This document shows positions 45,874 to 59,300 of a stretch of DNA of 64,000 bases, one piece after another. Source of the DNA: Macrostomum lignano (taxonomy: Eukaryota); the NCBI GenBank assembly GCA_002269645.1, contig NIVC01001129.1, forward strand, positions 177,390 to 241,389. Direction: 5' to 3'. Below the pieces are notes generated by a model. That model searched no databases, had not been told where the DNA came from, and saw only the letters and a program-made list of their open reading frames with translations. Each line of letters starts with the position of its first letter. Within the stretch, counting starts at the first letter, position 1. The position numbers and the translations under genes were made by a program.

Positions 45874-47225
45874 ATGAATAGGCAACAATACAAGTTCGAC
45901 GCGAATTCTTTCTTTATCGTTTTCATCATCTGCTTGTTGAGATGCTCAACCACTACCGGTAAGGCAAACTTATTTGAAAATTTTACAGGTAGTTTAATCA
46001 TAAATTTATACTCTGAGAATGCATTCTCTAATTCTAATTGAATTTCTCAGCTCCCACCGTGCCGAAAAACTTACCGACCAAAATGTCGTCTTCGTACGAG
46101 GCGCCATCGAATTCTGCCTATGGCTACAACGGCAACACTAATGGAGTTTACAATCCATCCACGCAATGCTTCGCTACTAGCAACACAGACTTTAGTCCTT
46201 GGTGGATGGTGGACATGGGAAAGGACTACATTGTTTCTGGTGTTCGAGTGTGGAATCGAGTCGATTGCTGCGCTGAACGGTTTAGACTGATCACTGTTGG
46301 TGAGTGGCAGCTGATTCCAATTGGTTTTTATTGACGATGTTGTTCACCTTGAGAGTTTTCAACCGCATCCAATCCAAGGAGTCACCTCGAATCCGACCGC
46401 GTGGAACAGCGCAGATCGCAACCTGTTCAGCAAGTGCTTCGATTGGCAGGGAGTAGCCGCGGCCGTTGACAATCCACTGAGCTTCTCTTGCAATCAACCG
46501 ACTGTAGGCAGGTACCTGGCTGTGTTTAAAAACACGAGCGGACAGACTGGAGACGTCATTGTGCTGACAATGTGCGAGATCGACATCTACTGTAAGTTCA
46601 ACACAACCAGGGTGGCGCAGTTCTACGCAGTTTTATTGGGAGACGGGTCTTTATTGGGAGATGGGTCTTTATTGGAAGATGGGTCTTTATTGGAAGATGG
46701 GTCTTTATTGGAAGATGGGTCTTTATTGGAAGATGGGTCTTTACTGGGAGATGGGTCTTTATTGAGAGATGGATCTCTAATGGGCTTTAGCACCAAGGGG
46801 CGCCAGCACGAAGATGCACCAATAAGGGGCGCCAACACTTAAAATGAAAATGTTATTTCAAGACCATCCAGTCAATATTCAGCTATTCCGTCAGGGACCA
46901 GATGTACAAGTTCGTACATATAACCCAGGCAGAAGGCTAACAAAACGATCGTGAATCGCTTCCAGACAAAGATCCATCGTCCGGCGTCTTCAAGACTACT
47001 CTGCCAAGCTTCTCAGCGAGCTCGACTAGCCTGGTGGCTTCAACCTCCGCCAGCACAGACGTGCATTGCACCATCATCTGCGCCGCCAAAACTGAGTGCT
47101 TGTATATTCTGTTCCAATCAACCACACTCAATTGCTGGCTGCTGTCATCGTCCACCGCTCCAGACAATTTGCGCATCGAGTATAACAATCCGGATGCTAA
47201 ATTCTTGGGATTTATCGAGGAGTGA
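45874..47225 (+). CDS. Divergent secreted F-type lectin + PAN/apple protein, copy 5 (268 aa)
   Basis: Exons 45874-45958 (hydrophobic SFFIVFIICLL), 46051-46299 (PWWMVDMG...NRVDCCAER), 46379-46591 (VGRYL...TMCEIDIY) and 46966-47225 (HCTIICAAKTECLY...NCWLL). All phase 1, GT-AG. Confidence 0.88.
46633..46776. repeat. 18-bp minisatellite (TTATTGGAAGATGGGTCT) x8 in intron 3 of copy 5
   Basis: Direct. Confidence 0.93.
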
Positions 47226-47624
47226 ATTCAATGACTGATAATTTACTCAAAGTCGAAGCAAAATTAGTTTGAACTGCTACAGTACGGTGTTCTCACACTG
47301 CTCCCACTATTATTAGATTCATGGGATTCATCTACCCCCCCGTAGGTCTATTCACAGAGCCCAAGTTATTATTTACAATTTGCTGTCATTCTATTGCACA
47401 GCGCAACACGTGTTCGATCTATCAACTTAGATAACAACTTGGTGTGCTGTCAAGAATCTCGAAAATAAATCAGCTAGATTGACAGGTTGGCATTGCACTT
47501 GGAAGGAATAAACAGTACTTTCTGCACATCAAACTTGTTTTATCTTAATTGGCTGGGTGTTTTACTTAAATTGGTTTAATGATCAGTGTGTAGCATGCGG
47601 AGTTGAATGTAGAGTGGAGTATGT

Positions 47625-48160
47625 AGCTTGTGGACTGGAATGTAGAGCTTGTGGACTGGAATGTAGAGCTTGTGGACTGGAATGTAGAGCTTGTTGACTG
47701 GAATGTGTAGCTTGTGGACTGGAATGTGTAGCTCGTGGACTGGAATGTGTAGCTTGTGGACTGGAATGTGGAGCTTGTGGACTGGAATGTGTAGCTTGTG
47801 GACTGGAATGTGTAGCTTGTGGACTGGAATGTAGAGCTTGTGGACTGGAATGTGTAGCTTGTGGACTGGAATGTGTAGCTCGTGGACTGGAATGTGTAGC
47901 TTGTGGACTGGAATGTAGAGCTTGTGGACTGGAATGTGTAGCTTGTGGACTGGAATGTGTAGCTCGTGGACTGAAATGTGTAGCTTGTGGACTGGAATGT
48001 GTAGCTTGTGGACTGGAATGTGTAGCTCGTGGACTGGAATGTGTAGCTTGTGGACTGGAATGTGTAGCTTGTGGACTGGAATGTAGAGCTAGTGGAGTGG
48101 AATGTGAAGCTTGCGGAATAAAATGTGGAGCTAGTGGAGTGGAATGTAGAGCTTGTGAGG
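47625..48160. repeat. 21-bp minisatellite (GCTTGTGGACTGGAATGT(A/G)(G/T)A), ~25 copies
   Basis: Direct. Confidence 0.95.
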
Positions 48161-48935
48161 TGGAGTTTCTGGAGTGACTGAGTATTTAATGTCTTGCTTG
48201 ATCTGTTTAGTCATATCATAAGTACACAGCTACATGTTTGCTAGTTTTTCAAAACCATTACTATAGCTTATTGATAAAATGAAATAAGAAAATTAAACAA
48301 AAAAGCAATAGATTTACCATGATAATTTCAAGAGCGGAACTGCCCAACCAAATTGATGACAGATATTGATTGAGTCGACTTATACTTGAGCAAAACTGCA
48401 ACGCAAACAGACAACTAAGAAACCAACGCTTCCGTAGATCACGTACAGACTTTACGACCATATTATATAGTTAAAAACAAATGAAAAATAAACAAGTGTT
48501 ACAGTCTGCAAGGGTAGCCTAAAGATAAATAAAAAATACACTCATGGAGTTAAGTAAGACGAATTGATAACTACTTATTAAGTAAATTGAAGGTCAAAAG
48601 TAAGAAAATAGATTCGAAAAGGTTAGAGATGCTTGTTAAATTGTTGAAATTGATATGCAAACAGAACAGTAAAAAATGGAGGGTGACAGTGACAGTGTAA
48701 ACGCGTTTTAGACTTACAACTAGCCAACTAAATGCAGATTAGTTAAGCACAACAAAAATAGTTACTATTATTAAATGTATCGATACTCAGACTTCTGTAC
48801 TACAAATGGGCGCGCGGCAATCAAGCAAAACTTGAAATATAATTATAGCACCATTTCACCTAACATCAAATTTTACTGCTTAATGCCAAAGTAATAAAAA
48901 AACTCGATAACAGACTGAATCAGAGTTAGTGTTTT

Positions 48936-51900
48936 TCAACAGGCTTTAGCCTGAGCCCGAGCCTGAGCTCTAGCCTGCTCTTCTGCAACAGCGATGGGCC
49001 GACGGAACAGTATAATGTGCGGCTCCGGGTGGTGAACCATATAGTTAACCCAGCCTAGGCTCTGTTGAATGCCCAGACTGCGCCACTCGGCTTCGCTCAT
49101 CAAACGGATTGAATCGCCACTCCTTGGCAGTCTGGACACCAGCTCCTTGGGAATGTGGCAGTGCCTAAAAATTTATGCATTTAGTGTATAGTAGTAGTAT
49201 GTTATTAAATTCAAAGTGTAGTGTTTAACTGTAATTATAGCTGCGGCTATGGAACATGTGCTAGGTTGATCTTTCTTTTACCTTGGGCATTATAAAGAGG
49301 GTTGCGGTACCAAGAACCTTAATTTACTCATAGTATATAAAATAAGTCTGCTTGGTGCCAACCTTAAAATATTCTTTATGCTGGGATTACAAAAAATGAT
49401 AGAGAATGAACTGGCATAAGTAAAAAACTAAATAGGAGTGGTTGCATCTAGGCCAGAGCACCTTCTCATACCCAATAACTTAATTGCAAACTTTGTTACC
49501 TTTGCTATTGAAAATTGAACTATAATGTAAGGGAAGAAATCTTACGATTAGAATGCTAGGGACTGATAACCTAGCAAATAAGAACAACAAGGTTGACAAC
49601 TATCTTTCCTGACCCATCCCATTAGCCTAGCTTGCCAATGAGATAGCTAAAAACATTTAAAAGCTAAAACACAAATGAGACTCCTATATACTGCCAATAT
49701 TTACATAGCAACAAAATTTATAAAGCATCCTAGCTCTTAATAAGTTGAAATCTAATAACAAAATCTAATGAATTAAAGGAAAGCATTGATTTAGTAATTT
49801 TAATAAGGATATAAAATTTTATTAACTGTATTAATTTTGATCTTTTGTAGCTTTTTGAGTAGCCCCTAATAGGCTAATAGACTTATAGGACCTATATAAA
49901 TTTTTAGCTAAAAATAGAACTCCACTGTAGCTACAGATGTGGCTACAGGAAGTTATAGATATGGAGGTTTTTTAGCAAAGTATACAGATAGAGATATGGT
50001 TATGGGAACTTGTACTTCACATATATATTAATACCACTCAACTGAGACTCAAAAATACCACAGGAACTGTTGATCTGATGGAGAATAAGAGAAATTAATA
50101 AATGTTACTTGCTAGCCTTCAAAGTGGTAAGAACTTTAAAGTCTCTAAAATTTAGGACTCAGCATCAACATAGACTGTCAATGCAATTTCCATGTCGTAG
50201 TTGGATAGTAAAGACTAAAATAAAGATGAATTTTTTCACTTTCAAAGGAGAGCTTTTAAGTCCCTATATGGATTTGGAAACTTAGCAACAGAGTTGATAC
50301 CACATGTACATGCACAAGGGAAGGGGGCTAAAGTTAGATGAATATTTTCACTTTCAATGTAGGGAAGCTCTTAAGTCCCTAGGGTTAAAGACTTCAACAA
50401 AAGAATTTTTTGATGCCATATGCTAGGTTGTGGGGCTAAAATTAAGACAAATATCTTCACTTTTAATGTGAAGGCCAAAGGGAATTTTTAAGTTCTTAGA
50501 ATTGGAGACTAAAGCAACAAAGATAGAAATATTTGATATTGGAATTGGAATTAAGGTTGGAATAAAGGGCAATAAAGTTAAGATATGTTTTTATTGTAAA
50601 TAAACAGGGAACTCCAAGTCCTTAGGGTCAAGCCAAAGACTTAAGCAATATATATTTGACACTTTAAACACATTGTGGTTAGGATAGTGGGTGCTTAAAT
50701 CAAGATCAATGAAGCAAATTGGGAAGCTGACTAGTAGTAGTATCTACCATTATCAAAGAAGGTTAGATTGCAAAAAGAGGCTTTTTGGAAACCAACTAAT
50801 AGGCCTAAGTAAACTATTATAATTGCAGAAGATCTCGATAAGAATTAAAGATTTTGTTACTTTAGTTACCTAAACAATATAAGAAAGAAAAAAAAGAAAA
50901 GGAACAATAATGAAAAAAGGAAAAGAGGGGAAAAAGAGAAAAGGAAAGGAAAGAAGAGAAAGAAGAGGGGATAAAAATAACAAAAGAGAGAAAAAAGAAA
51001 AGAGAAGACATTTGCCCTTGGCTACAATCCATAGTTTAGATCATATATTAGTATATGCTAGGTTTAGTAGAAGAAAAAAATAAGACTAAGACCTTGTATA
51101 TATACTAGGACTAAAAATGTCACTGATGTTTTTTATTGTATAATGTATATATGAAATGTAGGCTATCCTTCAGTTTTATTCGTTTAATTATTTTCAGAGT
51201 CTTATATTATTTTTTACCCCTTTTTCAGCATGGCGGGTCGCCCATCTGCTCTGACAACAATTGTCCTACTGGCTGAGGTCAGGCCAACAACTGACCTATG
51301 CAATCTTCTGTTCATGAAGATGCGTGACCTTGCTATCCTGACTGCTGACACACAATCTGTGATGCGCTGGCTGGCGAAGTACCGGCTGCTGCCCAACAAG
51401 CACTAGTGCCACAACAACAACTGCCCTATAATACCCCAAATGCGGCTTCAATGTCATCAAGGTGATTGTTACGTTGATGGCTGGGCCTAGGCCTGCAAAG
51501 ACTGCCGCACTCAGGAGTCTATCATTAGGCTCGTTCTTTGAGCATAGCCACCTGCAGCTAACCCAACTGGTGGACTTCCTATACTGGGTGAGCCACTACT
51601 ACCTTGCCTGAACACTCTTCGCGGCTAGTGTACGGTAATTGTACCTGAACAATAAAATGACCCTTTTTAGGGCCACCAAATAATTTGATAGTCTTATTTC
51701 GTGTCACGACAATCGTCGTCGGAGCAGAGCAGAAAAAGGGGTAAAAAATAATATAAGACTCTGAAAATAATTAAACGAATAAAACTAAAGGATAGCCGAA
51801 ATGTATATATAATATATGCAATATCTAGCTGTTTTTTAAAAGTATTTTATTTATCAAGGTCTAGGTCTTAGTACTATATTATATAATAGTTACAGAAAGT

Positions 51901-52263
51901 TTATTAACTAGGTAGATATAAATACCAATTGTTGATTTACATGTATCTTAATAATTTATATCTCCCATTCAAAATTTTCTAGAACCTGACAGACAGATAT
52001 GGATAAGGATAGGCAGCTATAGTCATATAGAAAAATTATAATAGGCCTATAAGATTATGGCTGGCCTAGCTCTAGGTTATTTTTTTAGCCAAGACCTAGT
52101 CCTAGTCCTAGGTTCTACTCCTAGGTCTAATAATAGGCCTAATATTTATAATTAAAATTTTATTAATTAATAATTATCAATATCATGACTTCACTTACCT
52201 ATATTCATACATATCATCTCTGTACTTCTCAGAGTATAAAATTTTTGATGCCAAATTGCTCAT
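48936..52263 (-). CDS. CKS1: Cyclin-dependent kinase regulatory subunit (CKS/Suc1 family), 97 aa
   Basis: Exon 1 52263-52199 ([22 protein letters not shown], donor GTAAGT) and exon 2 49164-48936 (HCHIPKEL...[36 protein letters not shown]); the phase-2 junction is in frame. Confidence 0.95.
51161..51797 (+). mobile_element. Internally deleted Merlin/IS1016 (ISXO2-like) DNA transposon in the CKS1 intron
   Basis: 69-bp TIRs starting GGCTATCC (2 mismatches) with a perfect 8-bp TSD GAAATGTA (51153-51160 / 51798-51805). Internal fragment from ATG 51230 reads C..NC...M...[15 protein letters not shown]...YW, with stops. Confidence 0.85.
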
Positions 52264-53750
52264 CTTTTCGTTTTATAATTTTTTGTACTTGTAAAATTGT
52301 ATGAACAAGGTGGTCTAGTTTTTTCAATGTAGTAGGGGCCTATTAGTAGAATCTAGGGGCTAGGCCTAATCTAAACTAGGGCCAATGCTTTGCTTTTTAT
52401 AGTTCTTGTTTTGGGTCGCTATAGAAGCCTATGGCTAGGGGCCTAGGCCTGTTTATCACAATATTAAAATAAAAAAATTTAAGATGCAAGTAGCAGTGTA
52501 GTGCGTAGTCCCTATTTAACTTGAATAGGCCTAAGTATGATGAGCTTTTGTCTAAGACTACAGATTGTTAAAATGGAACTTGTGGCTGTGCGCTCTAGTA
52601 TATAGTCGAACGTCAAAGCAAATAATAAATGTTATCCTTTATGCCACTATTGTGGGCCTGATCGTGGGCCTAAACCGTCTAGTAAGTAGGCACTAAGACT
52701 AAATTTACGAAGGCTTCAATTATATTGTGCACGGCGCCATATAAGTGGCAATGCCAAAAAACAAAACTCTCACGTGATATACTTTAAAGTTTACGTTAAC
52801 TAAAACAACACTTAAAAGTAGGTTTCATTTCATATTTTTCAGATAGCGTATCTCTTTAAGTAATTAAACTAAATTAACTTTAATTCTTTTAAATACATTA
52901 AAAAAGTTGTATAATATTTATGCAAAAAGATTTTGAGTCCTTAGCATTTTTAACATCAGCAATTGATTATTTAATGACCGGCGGTGCGGCAGACAGACAG
53001 CAGTCTCGACTACTCTGGAAGATTTCATCACATCGTATATAGACAGAGCTTCCCTAAATGCTTAATTAAAATAATGTAAAATTCCCTCGCAAAGCATTAA
53101 CACTTTGAATATCTGTCGTGTTGTAAAATACAACACCCTGGCCCCTCGTTCGAATCGTTCTCCCCTGCTAGTACTACTTTAACTGAAGGTCCTAACTATA
53201 GCAAATTATTTTTCATCAAACACTAGACTTTGGTTTTCTAGCTTACATGCACTGCTATCATTGTTTTGAAAGTTAATATGAGGCTCCCAGTAGTAGCACT
53301 AGCTGGTATTATTCATTTTAGGCAATTTTCATCTTCAGTTCGTTATAATAATTTTTTTCGTTTTAAATGAAACAAATTTTGCTTAATAGCTTACAAATAA
53401 CACGTGCTTTCACTTCTATATGGTTTCTGCAATCTATTAATTATTAAAAGCTACAGAATTTTTAATATTGGGTAGGGTAGACTTGTCATTAAATACATCC
53501 TCTTTGGAACTTTATATTTTATATTTATAAAAGTTTCTATATTTATTCTTACAGTTGCAAGTTTTAAATCAATTTTAAAATTTTAAATTATTGAAAATAA
53601 TGTTTTTAACTTTTTAGTTATCTCCTTAAAATCACTTCTGGCATATAATGGGAAACCAAAGCGGAGGCTAAATTTAACCCTAATTTTACTGGAACAATCA
53701 AAGAATAACTTACTAAGCTTATAAGCCGTGTAAGTCAGAACAAAAGTCAC

Positions 53751-55768
53751 ATGACATCGCTACGTCAAACAGCGATTGGCATCGAACGAAAACTGGACGA
53801 GAACGACAATGCCTTATCAGCATCGTCCAGCAGTAACGACGAGGACTTTGATGAAGACTTCGAAGAGAATGCTGACTCCGAGCTGGTCGCAGCCGAAGCT
53901 ACCGAGCTGACGCTTGAAGACGACCCGACCTGCGACCTGCTGGTCAGCCAAGGCTTCCTGCGCGGCGTCTACGACTACGACGAAGGAGACGATAATGAAG
54001 AAGAAGAAGAAGAGGAACTCGGCGACGACTACGGCGAGGAAGATGGCGATGAAGCTGCTGGCAGCTTCCGTTTAGTCAGGCAGGCGAAACCGTCTGTCAG
54101 TCAGCGAGCGGAGGAGCGCAGGGCAGAACTGCGGCCAGCCATCTCCACCCTGCCGGAGCTGCCGCCCGCAACGGGGGGCGCAACTGGTAGCGCCAGCCGA
54201 TCACTAGGTGTACCCGTCTCCATGGCAACGCCGAACCAAACTTCTTCGCAAAATCAACAGCCACCTGTGCGTAAAAAGAAGAAGAAAAAGAAGTGAGGAA
54301 CAGAACTGCGTGAATCTTCTGTTTAAAGTACATTGTAATACTGTTCACGTAGTCATTTTATGAGAAAACTAATATTTAACATTCCTTTATATTAACAGAA
54401 GCTACGAGATTTGTTTGAGCAACTGCAAGTATGAAGTTGGTAAGTACTGCATTGTGTCTATCTGATGTCGTACTGAACTGAACTGAAACTGAATCACCGC
54501 TTTTGACAGGGGAATTACCGGTTTTGTAAGGGGGATCACTGGTTTTGACAGGGGAACTACCGATTTCGGACGGGGAATGACCTGGTTTGTCCATGGAAGT
54601 ATCGGTTTTGACAGGGGAATCACTGGTTTTGACAGGGGAATTACCGGTTTTGACAGAGGAATCACCGGTTTTTACAGGGGAATCACCGGTTTTGACAGAG
54701 GAATCACCGGTTTTGACAGGGGAATTACCGGTTTTGACAGGGGAATTACCGGTTTTGACAGGGGAATTACCGGTTTTGACAGGGGAATTACCGGTTTTGA
54801 CAGGGGAACTAATGGGATTACTGGTTTCGACAAAGGAAATGTACTGATTTTTACTGCAAAAATTTCAAATTTCAACGCAACAATTTTCAGTGCAAAAAGC
54901 TGCCCAAAAATTCGGCTTGAAGGAAGTTGAAGAAGACGACGAATGGAACGTGCTGTGGACTGACACCTACGTGTCAATGGACAGAGCGTGTTCAATGAAG
55001 AAATACCAGGTAATCAATTTGACTTAATTTGAAACTTCCCATGGATACCAACTTGCGAGAAAGTCTATGATCGATAAAATTGTGCCCGCAGAAAATTAAC
55101 CATTTCCCTGGGATGAGCGAAATCTGTCGCAAAGATTGCCTGGGAAGAAACTTGGCAAGAATGCGAAAACTATTTCCCAAGGAGTACAACTTCGCTCCGC
55201 GGACTTGGGTGCTGCCGGCTGAGTGAGCACTGCTCCACTGTTTTATTTACCGTCTATTCCACCAGCGATTCTTCATTACAGATTCCTATCTTTAATCGTC
55301 ATGAAACAGATCCCAATCACAGATCCCAATCACACAGATCCCCATCACACAGATCCCCTTCACACAAATCCTCATCACGCAGACCCCCACGCCCACCACA
55401 CAGATCCCCATCACACAGATCCCCATCACACAGATCCCCATCACACAGATCCCCACCACGCAGATCCTCATCACACAGATCCCCATCACACAGATCCTCA
55501 TCACACAGATCCCCATCACACAGATCCCCATCACACAGATCCCCATCACACAGATCCGCAACCCCCCATAATGTGCCGCAGCTATGGCGATTTCCAAGCG
55601 TACGCGCGGGCCAACAAGAAGCACCGCACCTACATTGTAAAGCCAGACGCCGGTTGCCAGGGCAAAGGGATCTGGTTTACGCGAAATCCTAAGGATATTA
55701 AGCCTGGCGACAATCAAGTTTGCCAGCTTTACGTATCCAAGGTAAGTTTTTACAATTGCATACCAGCG

Positions 55769-55842
<74 letters not shown>

Positions 55843-55854
55843 CCTAACTAACTG

Positions 55855-55909
<55 letters not shown>

Positions 55910-55964
55910 GACTGACTAACTAACTAACTAACTGACTAACTAACTAACTAACTAACTAACTAAG

Positions 55965-55997
<33 letters not shown>

Positions 55998-56022
55998 GAC
56001 TGACTAACTAACTAACTAACTG

Positions 56023-56077
<55 letters not shown>

Positions 56078-56122
56078 GACTGACTAACTACCTAACTAAC
56101 TGACTAACTAACTAACTAACTG

Positions 56123-56189
<67 letters not shown>

Positions 56190-56194
56190 GACTG

Positions 56195-56265
<71 letters not shown>

Positions 56266-56270
56266 GACTG

Positions 56271-56332
<62 letters not shown>

Positions 56333-59300
56333 GAACTAACTAACTAACGAACTAACTAACTAACCAACTAAACCAGGAATCATAATATTGTTAAAACATG
56401 TCCCCGCAGCCACTGCTCATTGACGGTTACAAATTCGATCTTCGAATTTACGTGTTGGTGACGAGCTGCGATCCGCTGAAAATCTTCGTGTTCAAGGAGG
56501 GCTTGGCGAGATTCACCACCGTCAAGTACAAAGATCCAACTGCTGGGAACCTGGTGAGCGTGAGCGAGAATCAACAATTCCTTGCCTCATCAGTAGAGTT
56601 TAAATTCGCTTCAGAATCATTCCAGAAAGTTTTAGGTTTCTTGACTTAACGCTAACTTAACTTCAGCAAGTTAGACCATTTCGATAGACCATTTCGATAA
56701 TGGTCTATCGAAAACACGGGAAAATCTAGATTACGATTACTCACGCTTGATGACTCAGCGCTGAGTTTACGTCCAGGCGCGACCCCGCTGATGTGACGCT
56801 GGACTGCATGATATCTGAGGGCCGCAACTGGTGAATTATTAATCGCCGCACTCGCTGACATGCATGGTCAGGAAAGAGATTTTCCGGCCTCAGAGAATGA
56901 GAATGGACTCAGTTATTCTTGTAAAGCGCCCAGTCCTGGAGGCGCCCAACCAGATTATATTTGCTCATTAGCAATGTGCTCTTTCTCATGGAAAAAAACA
57001 GGTCGAAAGAGGCGAGAAGTGTGTCCCGTGTGGGGTGGCAGCCTGTATGTTGCATAGAGATTTTAGCCGTAGAGTCACGGGTATTGAACTTGTTAGGTAA
57101 ACACAAGTTGTACCTCCTGGAATTAGTACTTGTTAGACGGGAGTGGTAACTGTTAGATAGGAGTGGTACCTGTTAGATAGGAGTGGTACCTGTTAGGTAG
57201 GAGTGGTACCTGTTAGATAGGAGTGGTACCTGTTAGATAGGGGTGATACCTGTTAGGTGGGAGTGATACCTGTTAGGTGGGAGTGATACCTGTTGCGCAG
57301 GAGAGGTACCTGTTAGGTACTCGTAGGAGTGATAAAAATTCGACTTAAGTTGCATCCGTTCTGAGCTCGTAAATCGTCCTTTCGAAGTGCAAATACTCAT
57401 GTCAGTCACCGACTTGACCCACCCCATTCCCGCAGGAAAATGTCTTCATGCATTTAACTAATTACGCAGTCCAAAAAAATCGCAAAGATTTTGTTAGAAA
57501 CGACGAAGAAGGCGGAACTAAACGGTGAGACTATAGTTGCATTTCAAAATCGCGCCAATTTTATTCCGGAAAAAAATTTACGCACAAAAACACACGTACA
57601 CGTACTATTGTTATTAAAAATGGACTCTGATAAAGCAGGCTAATATACATGTATATTTTGAAATGATTGGCTTCTATGCCTTCGGCGACATCGTCCCGAA
57701 ACCAGCGCTGCGTTAATTCTGCCCATTCCACTGACTGCTGAGCACATACGAGACACACGCTCACACGGGGTGTACACCGGCCCTTTGACTTTCTAGTCGT
57801 CAGGCATGTGCACTCTCTGTGCCCTGGGATTGGCCCTCATCGGTCGGGAATAGCACAACAACCCACTTGACAGCCACAACTCAACCCACTTGAGTGCTTC
57901 AATTATATCAAACCAATTTCCAACTTTTTCAGTCGAATATCAACAATAAACCGGTGGCTGGTGCAGAACAACTATGACGCGGCAAAGCTGTGGTCGGACA
58001 TTGATGACGTCATCATTAAGACAATCATTTCGGCGCACAGCGTACTGAGGCACAATTATCGATCGTGCTTTCCAAACCACGTCAAAGGTTCAGCGTGCTT
58101 TGAGATTCTTGGATTTGACATTTTGTTGGATAGAAAACTGAGACCCATTGTGCTGGAGGTGAGTCACCGCTAGGCCGGGATGGATTTGACATTTTGTTGG
58201 ATAGAAAACTGAGACCCATTGTGCTGGAGGTGAGTCACCGCTAGGCCGGGATGGATTTGATGCGGTCCAATTTGACATTTTGTTGGATAGAAAACTGAGA
58301 CCCATTGTGCTGGAGGTGAGTCACCGCTAGGCCGGGATGGATTTGATGAGGTCCAGTAATTGTCCTTGAAAACTACCGAAACAGGAAAAAAGTTCGTTGA
58401 ATCCTGCTTTCAGCTTTAACTGAGAAAATTACAGCTAAAGAGTAAAAATATGGGAACATTTTTGTCTACGTCTCTGGTGGGTTTTCTAGATTTTCTAAAT
58501 TTGTCCACACATGGACCGGTTTAGCATAGCAACTGAGCGCTGATTAGAGCCGACAGTGGGGACAGGGAAATTTCTGCTTAAGCATGCTAGAAAAAATCTC
58601 TCAAGGTAAAAAAATTAGAGGCCAGTTGAGACCGTCTGTGGTACTGCACTCGGACAACAAAGAAATCTTGAGCCCAACACAATACCCGTGCGATGGCTTG
58701 ATGATGGAAGGTTGCAGCGAGTCAACAATGGGTGTGAGGAGGGGGGACCTTGACTCCCTCGTGTCGGGAGGGAAGGGAAGCAGGATTAAGGAGGATTAAG
58801 GAGGCGAAATCCAAACTGCATCCTATCCTATTCTCGGACCTCCTGCTGTGTCTAAACTGTGGCAGCAGCGGAGAGGGGCTGAGAGGTGAGAGAGAGGAGG
58901 GAATAACAAGGTAAGTGTTGTAGCCATAGCCGTGGCTTCGCTGCTATTGCTTGCAAAAGAGATTGTTGGACAAAAGCGAGTACTTATTAAGTGTATCATG
59001 GGTTCTTAAGTGCAGTGATTATGTAGAATTTATGGCCAACAGAAATTGACGGACGCTGCCAACAAATCGGATTCGTCTAGCGCGGACTTTTATTGACTAA
59101 ATTCGTCTATGGCAGAACCCCATTCAGCGCTGTGTTTTGTAGAGCATACAAAAATGCACTGGCAATACCCACTTAGCGATCTCAAGCTCATTTCTAAGAA
59201 ATCGAGTTAAAATAAATGAGAATAATTAAGAAAGCTCCTAGTTTGCCGCGTGACTTATCTCGTAGCTGCCCAGGCTGGATTCCAAGTGCAGTCACGTTAA

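Noticed and set aside
46321-46842. 173-aa ORF as a standalone gene with an LLEDGS-repeat tail
   Set aside because: It is exon 3 of lectin copy 5 read through into a minisatellite-containing intron.
54402-54995. PLSKPVI / FDRGITG repeat ORFs
   Set aside because: 21-bp intronic minisatellite between validated TTLL exons; same for the HTDPH and SYSTNSVT repeats.
55769-56372. (CTAA)n/(TTAG)n as interstitial telomere
   Set aside because: A tetranucleotide rather than TTAGG/TTAGGG; it sits inside a normal GT-AG intron.
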